Origin: an uncultured Candidatus Saccharibacteria bacterium
GTDB taxonomy: Bacteria > Patescibacteriota > Andersenbacteria > UBA10190
NCBI GenBank assembly: GCA_964359735.1
Contig: CAYHTZ010000002.1
Coordinates: forward strand, 22,937-86,936
Reading direction: 5' to 3'
Length of the DNA stretch: 64,000 bases
The notes under the pieces are model-generated. The model worked only from the letters and a program-made list of their open reading frames with translations. It did not search any database and had not been told where the DNA came from. The translations under genes were made by a program, and so were the position numbers. Below, piece by piece: positions 52,981-62,255 of this stretch. Position 1 is the first letter of the stretch. Each line of letters starts with the position of its first letter.

Positions 52981-55900
52981 TGCGGGCAATTGTCGCGGTC
53001 AGCTTGAGGTGGCGCTGGCTCGTGGTGGCGGTCGCGGCGGTGGTGATGTTGTACAGCCTGGACACCGTTGCCGACATGCCTATCGATGTCTTTCCCGAAG
53101 TCGGCCCGCCCTTGGTGGAAGTTCAGACTGAGGCTTTGGGGCTCTCCGCCACCGAGGTGGAATCTTTGATTACTGTCCCCATGGAGGCGGATTTGCTCAA
53201 CGGCGTGGCGTGGCTTGACCGGATCTACTCTGAGTCGGTGAGCGGTCTCTCGTCGATTCACCTCATTTTTGAAGAGGGGACTGACCCAATTGCGGCCCGG
53301 CAGATGGTGGCGGAGCGCTTGACCCAGGCCTTCGCCTTGCCCAATGTGTCCAAACCGCCGACCATGCTTCAGCCTCTGTCCAGCAGCAATCGGGTCATGA
53401 TGATCGGGCTTTCTTCGCAGGAAGCGTCGTTGATAGACATGTCGGTGCTGGCTCGGTGGAATATCAGGCCGCGGCTCATGGGTGTGCCGGGGGTGGCCAA
53501 CGTGGCTATTTGGGGGGAGCGGCAGCGGCAATTGCAGGTGCAGGTTGACCCAGTGCAACTCTCGTCTGCCGGCGTGACACTGGCACAAGTTATCGAAACG
53601 GCCGGGAATGCCTTGTGGGTATCGCCTTTAAATTTTTTGAATGCTTCCACACCTGGTACAGCGGGGTGGATTGACACGCCGAATCAGCGGCTTGGACTCC
53701 ACCACATCTTGCCTATCAGAGGGCCGGATGAATTGGCTCGTGTGTCAGTGGCCGGCAGCCAGGGGTTGCTGCTCAAGGACGTGGCTCGCGTGGTGGAAGA
53801 CCACCAACCGCTGATTGGAGATGCCGCCGTGCGTGACGGCGCCGGTCTTTTGCTCGTCTTAGAAAAGTTTCCCGGGGCCAATACGGTGGAAGTGACGGAG
53901 GGTGTGGAAGAAGCGATGGCGGTGCTACGGTCAGGGATGGCCGGTATTGAGATGGAGACTGTCTTCCGACCGGCTAACTACATTGAGCTGGCGACTGACA
54001 AACTCGTGCAAGCGGCCCTCTTGGGCGCGGTGTTTATGGCCTTGGTGTTGTTTGCTTTTTTGGAAGGCTGGCGTCCAGTTGTCATTAGTCTCGTAGTGAT
54101 TCCCCTGTCTTTGGCGGTGGCGGGGCTGGTGCTGTACGCCTTCGGACTCACTATGAATGTCTTAACTGCCGCTGGGCTCACGGTGGCCATCGGTGCGGTA
54201 GCTTACGATGCCGTCTTCGACGTGGAAAACGTCGTGCGGCGGCTGCGACAGCGTCAGCAGACGGGCAGCGGGCAGACGTCTGTCTCCACCATTGCCGCGG
54301 CCGCGCTAGAGATGCGCCGGCCGGCGGTTCTGGCAACCCTGATCATGCTGCTGGCGGTGCTGCCGGCTTTCTTTTGGCGGGGTGAGGCGGCTGCCTTCAT
54401 TTGGCCTCTGGGCATGGCCTATGTGCTGGCGCTCTTAGCCTCGGCGGCGGTGGCATTCTTTGTCACGCCAGCACTCTCTCTTATACTCTGGCGTCAAGGA
54501 GTGTGGCTGCCCAGGGTGTCTCCACTCATTCATTGGCTTAGGCAGCGTTACCGAAGTGGGCTCTCCCGCCTCATTGGGATTCGGTGCCAAGTATCGGGCG
54601 CGGCGGTCGCCGTGGGGATAGCTGGTCTCGCGATGCTGCCATTACTCCATTGGTCGCTTCTGCCCTCGCTTCAGCAGACGGACCTGGTAGTTACCTGGCA
54701 AGCAGCGCCGGGCACGTCGCGTACAGAAATGAACCGGGTTTTAACGGCCGCCAGCGGTGAGCTCTCATCCGTTCCTGGGGTTGCGCGTGCTTCCTTCCAT
54801 GTGGGGCGAGCCATAACCGGGGATCAAGTTGTTGGGACTAACTCAGGCGTGCTTTGGCTTAGCCTTGATGGCAAGGCGGACTTTGATGCGACGGTGGAAA
54901 AGGTTCGAGAGGTTATTTCCGGCTACCCCGGCTTTACGAGTGAGGTGCAGACGTACCAACCTAAAAGAGATGGCGAGAGGTTGAGCGTGGGCGATCGTGA
55001 CCTGGTGGCGCGCGTGTACGGCCACGACTGGGATGTTCTCCAGGTAGTGGCTAAGGATGTGCAGCAGCGGCTGGCACACGTTAACGGTATCACGGCGGCA
55101 TACGTGGAGGTCGGTGACAACGAGCCACAGGTGGAAATCGAGGTGGATTTAGCTCAGGCTCTGCGCTACCAAGTAAAGCCTGGCGATGTCCGGCGGCAAG
55201 CGGCGGCGCTCCTGTCTGGCCTGCAAGTCGGCAACCTTTTTGAAGAACAAAAAGTGTTTGAGGTGGTGGTTTGGGGTGTACCGGAAATTCGCGATAATGT
55301 GACTAAGGTCCAAGACCTCTTGATTGACACGCCCGCGGGTTCAGTACGTTTGGGAGATCTGGCGAAGGTGAGGATTGGGTCGTCTCCGGTGACGATTGCC
55401 CGCGATGCGGTCTCGCGTTATGTAGACGTGGTTGCCCAGGTGGATGGCCGGGATGCAGCCGTGGTCAGACGCGAGGGGAGGCGCGCTCTTACTGGTCTTG
55501 AATTTCCTCTGGAATACCGCGCGGAACTATTAGGCGAAGGCGCCGGGCAGACGGCGGCGGTGCAGCGCGTACTGTTGGTGGGCCTGGCGGCTGGAGTTGG
55601 AATTTTTCTGCTGCTGCAGTCAGCCTTCGGGAGCGCCCGAGTGGCGGCTATCTTTGTCTTGAGCTTGCCCTTGGCGCTGTTGGGCGCCGTAGCGGTGGCG
55701 GTGGCTACGGAGGGTAGCGCTGTCTCACTTGGTTCACTGTTGGGGTTGTTGGCAGTGTTGGGGGTGGCGGTGAGAGGTGGAATGGTAATGATTGCCCATT
55801 GGCAGCATCTTGAGCGGGAGGCTGGCCAGGCAGCTGACGGCGCCCTGATTATGCAGGGAGGCCAAGAAAGGGTGATACCTATTTTGATGGGTGCCTTCAC

Positions 55901-56066
55901 GCTGGGACTGGCATTCTTGGCCCCGGCACTTTCCGGCGTTGTCCCCGGCTACGAAGTTCTCCATCCAATGGGCCTGGTGGTAGTAGGAGGGTTGGCGACC
56001 GCGACGCTCATGACTCTGTTTGGTCTGCCCGTGCTCTACCTGCAGTTTGCCGGCCAGAAGCCATGA
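52977..56066 (+). CDS. RND-superfamily efflux permease (CzcA/CusA-like).
   Basis: 12-TM RND topology with two large loops; N-terminal MPIDVFPEVGPPLVEVQTEALGLSATEVESLITVPME matches the HME-RND pattern. Confidence 0.8.
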   Translation: MMRAIVAVSLRWRWLVVAVAAVVMLYSLDTVADMPIDVFPEVGPPLVEVQTEALGLSATEVESLITVPMEADLLNGVAWLDRIYSESVSGLSSIHLIFEEGTDPIAARQMVAERLTQAFALPNVSKPPTMLQPLSSSNRVMMIGLSSQEASLIDMSVLARWNIRPRLMGVPGVANVAIWGERQRQLQVQVDPVQLSSAGVTLAQVIETAGNALWVSPLNFLNASTPGTAGWIDTPNQRLGLHHILPIRGPDELARVSVAGSQGLLLKDVARVVEDHQPLIGDAAVRDGAGLLLVLEKFPGANTVEVTEGVEEAMAVLRSGMAGIEMETVFRPANYIELATDKLVQAALLGAVFMALVLFAFLEGWRPVVISLVVIPLSLAVAGLVLYAFGLTMNVLTAAGLTVAIGAVAYDAVFDVENVVRRLRQRQQTGSGQTSVSTIAAAALEMRRPAVLATLIMLLAVLPAFFWRGEAAAFIWPLGMAYVLALLASAAVAFFVTPALSLILWRQGVWLPRVSPLIHWLRQRYRSGLSRLIGIRCQVSGAAVAVGIAGLAMLPLLHWSLLPSLQQTDLVVTWQAAPGTSRTEMNRVLTAASGELSSVPGVARASFHVGRAITGDQVVGTNSGVLWLSLDGKADFDATVEKVREVISGYPGFTSEVQTYQPKRDGERLSVGDRDLVARVYGHDWDVLQVVAKDVQQRLAHVNGITAAYVEVGDNEPQVEIEVDLAQALRYQVKPGDVRRQAAALLSGLQVGNLFEEQKVFEVVVWGVPEIRDNVTKVQDLLIDTPAGSVRLGDLAKVRIGSSPVTIARDAVSRYVDVVAQVDGRDAAVVRREGRRALTGLEFPLEYRAELLGEGAGQTAAVQRVLLVGLAAGVGIFLLLQSAFGSARVAAIFVLSLPLALLGAVAVAVATEGSAVSLGSLLGLLAVLGVAVRGGMVMIAHWQHLEREAGQAADGALIMQGGQERVIPILMGAFTLGLAFLAPALSGVVPGYEVLHPMGLVVVGGLATATLMTLFGLPVLYLQFAGQKP

Positions 56067-59000
56067 AGCCGAAGGTGCTCTCTTGGATCATTGAAAAGAG
56101 TCTCCACTACCGCTACCTGGTGATTTTTTTTACGGTGGTGTTGGTGGTCTTCGGCATCGGGAGGGTGCGGGCGATGCCGGTGGACGTTTTCCCTGAATTC
56201 GCGCCGCCGCGGGTGGAGATTCAGACCCCGAGCCTGGGACTTTCTTCCGCGGAAGTGGAGGCTCTGGTTACGACGCCATTAGAAGAAGTGATGAGCGGAA
56301 TGCCGGGGCTCGACATCATGCGCTCTAAATCAGTGGAGCAGTTGTCGTCGATTGTGCTGATTTTTAAGGCGGGGACTGATCTCATGGAAGCGCGGCAGCT
56401 GGTGGCCGAGAGAGTGGCGCAAGTCACGCCGACCTTGCCGACGTGGGCCGCCCCGCCGATGATGATGCCGCCTCTTTCGTCCACGGCCCGGACCATGAAG
56501 ATCGGGATTTCCTCGAAAAAACACTCTGTGATGGATCTGTCTATGATCACCTATTGGACGATCCGCGAACGCTTGCTACGTGTGCCAGGCGTGGCGAATG
56601 TGGCCATCTGGGGGGAGCAGATCAAAATGATGCAGGTGCAAGCGGATCCAGCGCGCTTGTCGGCGCAAGGGGTGACGATGGACGAAGTCTTGCAGGTCAC
56701 GTCGGACACCTTGGATTCAGGTTTGGTGCAGCATGCCAACGGTTCGACTGTCGGGAAAGGAGGGTTTCTCGAGACTCCTAATCAACAGCTTGGTATCCGG
56801 CACGTGTTACCCGTGGTGGCACCGGCTGATTTAGCCCGGGTACCTGTGAATGATCGGTTGAGGCGCGACGGCGCGCCGCTGCGCCTAGGGGATGTGGCGC
56901 AGGTGGTAGATGGTACCTGGCCGATGATTGGCGATGCAGTTATTAATGACGGCCCTGGACTTTTGTTGGTGGTGGAAAAGTTTCCGTGGGGCAACACGCT
57001 GGACGTAACGAGGGGAGTAGAAGCAGCCATCGACGAGATGCGGCCCGGGCTGCCCGATATCGACATTGACACCACTATTTTTCGGCCGGCGACGTTCGTG
57101 CAAGTGGCGCTGGATAATCTCATGACTTCGCTGCTCGTTGGAGCGGGACTGGTGGTACTGGTGTTGCTGCTGTTTCTCTGGGATTGGCGGATTGCACTCA
57201 TTTCCGCCACGATCATTCCGGTGACAGCGGTGGTCACCCTGCTTGTGCTCTCGCTGGTGGGGACAACGCTGAATGTAATGGTATTGGCTGGTCTCGTCAT
57301 CGCGCTGGGGGCGGTGGTTGACGATGCGATTGTGGATGTGGAAAACATCGTGCGGCGGCTGCGTCAGGCGCGCCGGCAAGGGAGTACCAAGGGAGCGGCG
57401 GCTATCATTCTCGATGCTTCCGTGGAAGTGCGTAGCGCTATTATCAGCGCGTCGTTGATCGAGATGACGGCGCTCCTGCCGGTTTTCTTTATGCAGGGGC
57501 TGTCCGGAGCATTTTTCCGGCCGCTGGCCCTGGCCTACGTGGTGGCCACACTGGTCTCTCCGCTCATCGCGCTCACTGTCACGCCGGCGCTGATCTTAGT
57601 TCTTCTGTCTCGGGCGTCGGTCGTTGATCGCTTGTCCCCCATCATCCCACGGCTCCACCGCATATATAATGGACTGCTGTCGTGGACGATTAGAACACCG
57701 CGTCTGGCATATGTCGTCACCAGCATTCTCCTGGTCGCCGGTATCGTGATATGGCCGCTCTTGGGACAGGAACTGCTGCCCTCGTTTAAGGAACGGGATT
57801 TCCTCATGCACTGGGTAGCCAAGCCCGGCACATCTCATCCGGAAATGGTGCGTATGACAACGGCGGCTTGTCGAGAGCTGCGCAGCATTCCGGGGGTGCG
57901 CAACTGCGGCTCCCATATTGGGCAGGCGCTCCTGATGGATGAAGTGTACGGCATCTATTTTGCCGAGAATTGGATCAGTGTGGATCCGGCGGTAGACTAT
58001 GACGCGACCCTGGCCAACATTCAGGAGACCGTCGACGGCTATCCCGGGCTGGTGCGCGATGTGCAAACGTATCTCAAGGAGCGCATCCGCGAGGTACTCA
58101 CTGGGTCGAGCCATCCTATCGTCATCAAGATCTACGGGCAGGATCTGGCCGTGCTGCGAGAGCTGGCGGGGCAGGTGCGGGACAAACTGGCGGAGATTGC
58201 CGGCATCACGGATGAAAAAGTGGAGCTTTTGGTTGATATCCCGCAGGTAGAGGTCGAGGTGGACTTGGCGGCCGCGCAGAGATTCGGCTTAAAACCGGGT
58301 GACGTCCGTCGGCAGGCCGCCTACGTGGTAGCGGGTGAGGAAGCCGGTGATATTCACACAGCCAACAGGACATTCGATGTCCAAGTATGGAGCACGCCGG
58401 AGGCGCGGAGTAACCTCACGAGTATTCAGGGTATGCTCGTCAGCACGCCCAGCGGGAAGACGGTGCGTTTAGCTGATGTGGCTGACGTGCGCATCGCGCC
58501 GGTGCCGAATGCCGTCAATCATGAAAATCTCTCGCGCCGCATAACCGTTGAAGCTGAAGTTGAGGGGCGTGACCTCGGCGCGGTGGTGGATGATGTTGAA
58601 GACGCTCTGGAGAACATTGCGTTCCCGCGGGGATATCACCCGGAGGTGTCCGGCGAGTACGCGGAACGGCAGGCGGCGCAGACGCGTATCTTAATGGCGG
58701 GGGTGGCCGCAGCGCTCGTGATTTTCTTACTGCTGTGGGCGTCGCTTCAGAGTTGGAGGTTGGCCGCGATGTCCTTCTTGAGTTTGCCGATGGCCTTGGT
58801 AGGTGGCGCGCTGGCGGCGTATTTTGCCAGCGACGGCGTTTTGTCGCTCGGTTCACTCGTCGGGATGCTCACGATCTTAGGGGTGGCGGCGCGCAACGGT
58901 ATTATGCTGATCAGTCACTTTCAGCACCTCGAGCATGAGGAAGGCCAATCTTTTGGCCCGGCGCTGGTTTTGCAGGGAGCACGGGAACGCCTGGTGCCGA

Positions 59001-59188
59001 TCGTAATGACGGCGCTCACGGCTGGGCTCGCCTTAGTACCGCTGGTGGTGGCCGGCAACATTCCCGGGCATGAGATTGAGCACCCAATGGCGATTGTCAT
59101 TCTCGGAGGGCTTATCACCTCAACTCTGGTCAACTTGTTCGTTGTGCCGTCGCTCTACTTGCGGTTTGGAAAGGCCGTAGTATCGTGA
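56063..59188 (+). CDS. RND-superfamily efflux permease, tandem paralog of the preceding gene.
   Basis: Same architecture; MPVDVFPEFAPPRVEIQTPSLGLSSAEVEALVTTPLEE. ATGA overlap with the upstream paralog. Confidence 0.8.
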   Translation: MKPKVLSWIIEKSLHYRYLVIFFTVVLVVFGIGRVRAMPVDVFPEFAPPRVEIQTPSLGLSSAEVEALVTTPLEEVMSGMPGLDIMRSKSVEQLSSIVLIFKAGTDLMEARQLVAERVAQVTPTLPTWAAPPMMMPPLSSTARTMKIGISSKKHSVMDLSMITYWTIRERLLRVPGVANVAIWGEQIKMMQVQADPARLSAQGVTMDEVLQVTSDTLDSGLVQHANGSTVGKGGFLETPNQQLGIRHVLPVVAPADLARVPVNDRLRRDGAPLRLGDVAQVVDGTWPMIGDAVINDGPGLLLVVEKFPWGNTLDVTRGVEAAIDEMRPGLPDIDIDTTIFRPATFVQVALDNLMTSLLVGAGLVVLVLLLFLWDWRIALISATIIPVTAVVTLLVLSLVGTTLNVMVLAGLVIALGAVVDDAIVDVENIVRRLRQARRQGSTKGAAAIILDASVEVRSAIISASLIEMTALLPVFFMQGLSGAFFRPLALAYVVATLVSPLIALTVTPALILVLLSRASVVDRLSPIIPRLHRIYNGLLSWTIRTPRLAYVVTSILLVAGIVIWPLLGQELLPSFKERDFLMHWVAKPGTSHPEMVRMTTAACRELRSIPGVRNCGSHIGQALLMDEVYGIYFAENWISVDPAVDYDATLANIQETVDGYPGLVRDVQTYLKERIREVLTGSSHPIVIKIYGQDLAVLRELAGQVRDKLAEIAGITDEKVELLVDIPQVEVEVDLAAAQRFGLKPGDVRRQAAYVVAGEEAGDIHTANRTFDVQVWSTPEARSNLTSIQGMLVSTPSGKTVRLADVADVRIAPVPNAVNHENLSRRITVEAEVEGRDLGAVVDDVEDALENIAFPRGYHPEVSGEYAERQAAQTRILMAGVAAALVIFLLLWASLQSWRLAAMSFLSLPMALVGGALAAYFASDGVLSLGSLVGMLTILGVAARNGIMLISHFQHLEHEEGQSFGPALVLQGARERLVPIVMTALTAGLALVPLVVAGNIPGHEIEHPMAIVILGGLITSTLVNLFVVPSLYLRFGKAVVS

Positions 59189-59189
59189 C

Positions 59190-60089
59190 ATGATGTTTAC
59201 GCGTCTGCAGCTTGTCTTGGGGCTAGTGGTAGTGGTCTTGCTGGCGGTGGGAATAGTCCGTCGGTACCTGCCGGTGGCGGCGACGCTACCGCAAGAATCG
59301 GCGGTGGCCGAGAGCAGCGAGCGCGAAGGCGAGCAAGATTTTCTTGAACTCGACCCGAGCGATTTTGATGACGCGACGTCGGCCTCTATTACCAATGAAT
59401 GGTGGCCGCTCAAACCTGGCACGCGCTGGATACACGAGGGATTTTCTGTCGAGGATGGCGAGAGAACCCGTCACATGGTAGTGGAAACAGTCACAGATCT
59501 CACCAAAGAAATTAACGGGGTGAAGGCGGCCGTGAACTTGGAGGAGGACTACAGTGATGGCAAATTGATCGAACGAGAAATTGCCTTTCACGCGCAGGAT
59601 AATGATGGAAATGTGTGGCATTTGGGGCAGTTACGCGAAACATACGATGAGGCAGAATTTGTCGGGGGCCGCGTCTGGTTTGTTGGTCAGCCTTCCGGCG
59701 CTAAGGCTGGTATTCGGATGTGGGCGGATCCGCGCCTGGGAGACAGTGCTTCACAAGGGTACGCACCTGCTCCTTTCAATTGGACAGACAGTGGACGGGT
59801 GTCTCAGGTGGGTCAACATACCACGGTGGTGGCGGGCGAATACGACGATGTGATCGTGGTGGAAGAGTGGGACGCAGAAACGCCGCCAGGTGTTTTCCAG
59901 ACTAAATACTACGCCCGTGGTGTGGGGATCGTGCGGATTGGTTTTACAGGTGAAGATCCTGAACAAGAGGAAATGGAGCTGGTCAAGCTGGAGCAGCTCG
60001 CCGGCCCGGCTCTCACGGAGGCGCGAGAGGCGGCGCTAGCAATTGAGGAGCGAGCCTACGTGTACGGCCTGACCAAACCGGCGGAGTAA
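59190..60089 (+). CDS. Hypothetical membrane-anchored or secreted protein.
   Basis: N-terminal TM helix; no recognisable domain. Confidence 0.35.
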   Translation: MMFTRLQLVLGLVVVVLLAVGIVRRYLPVAATLPQESAVAESSEREGEQDFLELDPSDFDDATSASITNEWWPLKPGTRWIHEGFSVEDGERTRHMVVETVTDLTKEINGVKAAVNLEEDYSDGKLIEREIAFHAQDNDGNVWHLGQLRETYDEAEFVGGRVWFVGQPSGAKAGIRMWADPRLGDSASQGYAPAPFNWTDSGRVSQVGQHTTVVAGEYDDVIVVEEWDAETPPGVFQTKYYARGVGIVRIGFTGEDPEQEEMELVKLEQLAGPALTEAREAALAIEERAYVYGLTKPAE

Positions 60090-60150
60090 GGCTTGCACAG
60101 CGAGAAGGCTTCTTCTAGACTTAACAGGATATGAAAGGGGGTGACGACCT

Positions 60151-60723
60151 ATGTCGTTAAAGACATTAGCTAGTGGAGGGCTGGCTTTCGTATTACTCCT
60201 AGGGGTAGTAGCAGTCGTCGCTCCAGTGGCCAGTGCGTCGCACCTTTCTGACCCGACTCGGTGTACGTGTTCGGCGGGCCTTTCGTACGATAGGCCTAGT
60301 TTGCAGTGGGGCAGCGAAGGATTAGTGTTTGTCCCCCGGATAAACTATTCAATTCGTGCCCGCGGCGGGAACGAGGCGCCACCTTTGAACGTGTCTGTCA
60401 ATTATGAGGGTGGCAGCTCCTACGAATCAGAAGATGTAGCCGTGCCGGCAGAGACCAGCTTTAGTGGACAGAAGCAGCTGCTTACAAATGCTACCTGCCG
60501 CGGCAGTCAGCGGTATAGCTTTAGCGGTTTTGCCTTGGAACCTGTGACGCTGGCGGGGCTGGTGCAATCGCTGATCGGGGAGGATCAACAGTTAAAAGGA
60601 ACCATTCAGATGAGGGCGTCAATTGAGGGCTGTGGATTCGAAGAGGAGAATCGACAGTTCTCCTTCAGGGTACGTGATCAGTTTGGTGAGTTACGCTGGC
60701 TTGGCTGGCGCAGCGCTCGTTAG
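60151..60723 (+). CDS. Hypothetical secreted protein.
   Basis: Signal peptide MSLKTLASGGLAFVLLLGVVAVVAPVASA. Confidence 0.35.
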   Translation: MSLKTLASGGLAFVLLLGVVAVVAPVASASHLSDPTRCTCSAGLSYDRPSLQWGSEGLVFVPRINYSIRARGGNEAPPLNVSVNYEGGSSYESEDVAVPAETSFSGQKQLLTNATCRGSQRYSFSGFALEPVTLAGLVQSLIGEDQQLKGTIQMRASIEGCGFEEENRQFSFRVRDQFGELRWLGWRSAR

Positions 60724-60732
60724 TCGCACAGG

Positions 60733-60756
60733 TTATCCACATCAGGGTGTGGATAA
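60733..60756. promoter_or_regulatory. Inverted pair of perfect DnaA boxes about 50 kb from dnaA.
   Basis: gTTATCCACA-tcagggtg-TGTGGATAAc: 10-bp inverted arms. Confidence 0.45.
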
Positions 60757-60990
60757 CATGCCTTGCGGCTGGAGGAGTGTTTGGGCTACCAAGATATGAG
60801 GCCAAAAAACCGTGTTTTTAGGGGGCCTGCCTGATGGCAGACAGGAAGGGACTAAATAACACGACTCGTGTAGTGGGCCTCTTGGTTCAGGGAGGGGAAC
60901 TGAAATCAGGAGAGACATAACGAAGCGTGTTTTTTTGTTGACTCAAAACACAATGATGAAAACTCAATTCAGGAGAGGAGGTGAGTACAG

Positions 60991-62118
60991 ATGAAGACAA
61001 AACTTAGCTTATTGCTGGGTATCTCTGCACTCGCCTTCTTGTTTTCTGTCACCCCAGTGCTGGCATCAGAGGTGAACTTTGATCAGAGCATTGAGAACAG
61101 CGGTCCTTCTTCGAGCACCAACAACGATGGTGATGCTAAGGAGGATGTTGATATTGATAAGGAGGTCAAGGCTGATATTGATAACAAAGGCGATGTTGAT
61201 TGCAAGACCGGCGAATTCGACGTGAAGAACAACACCAACGCTGAAGTTGATGACAGCGGAGCCTGCAACGTTGAAGCTGACTGGCAAACAGCTGTCAACG
61301 GAGGAACCTCTCTGTGGGAGTCAGCTGATGGCGGTCTCGATGTTAACGTGGATCAGAGTATTGAGGACAGCGGTCCTAACTCGAGCACCAACAACGACGC
61401 TGACGTCAAGAAAGACGTGAACGTGGACCTGGATCTCATTGCTGACATCCTGAACAAGCTGGACGCAGACCTTGCGACCGGCGACTTCGACGTGAGGGAC
61501 AACACCAACGCTGAAATCGGCGGATCTGGTGATGCTTCACTCGCGGTCATGTTCGAAACATGGGCCAACAACGATGCGGGCTGGTCCGGTGCTGCCCACG
61601 GGGGCGTATCGGTCACGGCTGACCAGAGCATCAAGGACAGCGGTCCTAACTCGAGCACCAACAACGACCTCGACGTCAAGTCTGAGGTTGATTGGGATGT
61701 TGAGTGGAAAGCCGACGTTGACAACAAGGTTGACGTGAATGCCAAGACCGGCGAATTCGACGTGAAGAACAACACCAACGCTGAAGTTGGCGGGTCAGGC
61801 GACGTAGACGTTGCGGTTGAGCTCTTCACTTCCGTCAATAATGGCGGCGGTGCAAGTGCAGCCAATGGCAGTGGTCTCGACGTTAACGTGGATCAGAGTA
61901 TTGAGGACAGCGGTCCTAACTCGAGCACGAACAACGACGTTGACGTCAAGCAAGACGTGGACGTGAAAGAGGAGAGAAAGGCTGACGTTGACAACAACGT
62001 TGAGGTGGATGCCAACACGGGCGTATTCGACGTGAAGGACAACACCAACGCTGAAGTTGGCGGGTCAGGCGACGTGAACATTCAGTTGAACATTTCAACT
62101 GAGGCCAACAACGGCTAG
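60991..62118 (+). CDS. Secreted Asp/Asn-rich protein built from four tandem roughly 90 aa repeats.
   Basis: Signal peptide; repeated DQSIEDSGPNSSTNND...DV(D/N)...TGEFDVKNNTNAEVGGSGD units. Confidence 0.5.
   Translation: MKTKLSLLLGISALAFLFSVTPVLASEVNFDQSIENSGPSSSTNNDGDAKEDVDIDKEVKADIDNKGDVDCKTGEFDVKNNTNAEVDDSGACNVEADWQTAVNGGTSLWESADGGLDVNVDQSIEDSGPNSSTNNDADVKKDVNVDLDLIADILNKLDADLATGDFDVRDNTNAEIGGSGDASLAVMFETWANNDAGWSGAAHGGVSVTADQSIKDSGPNSSTNNDLDVKSEVDWDVEWKADVDNKVDVNAKTGEFDVKNNTNAEVGGSGDVDVAVELFTSVNNGGGASAANGSGLDVNVDQSIEDSGPNSSTNNDVDVKQDVDVKEERKADVDNNVEVDANTGVFDVKDNTNAEVGGSGDVNIQLNISTEANNG
61066..62118 (+). repeat. About 270-bp tandem DNA repeat times four, with a 540-bp super-period in which alternate units are near-identical.
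   Basis: Near-identical 70 to 80-mers at 61336 and 61876; an identical 43-mer at 61207 and 61747; related units at 61066, 61477, 61606 and 62017. Confidence 0.6.
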
Positions 62119-62255
62119 TTCATAGTTGACCCTCGATGAGGGAAAGGTAAGGCGCCCTTCGAGAAGACTCAGGGTAAACTTGCCTTTCTCCATGGGGGGA
62201 TTAATAGTAGCCAGTTGCGCATATGAGTATTTTTGTTCGGGTACGTCAGCACTAC

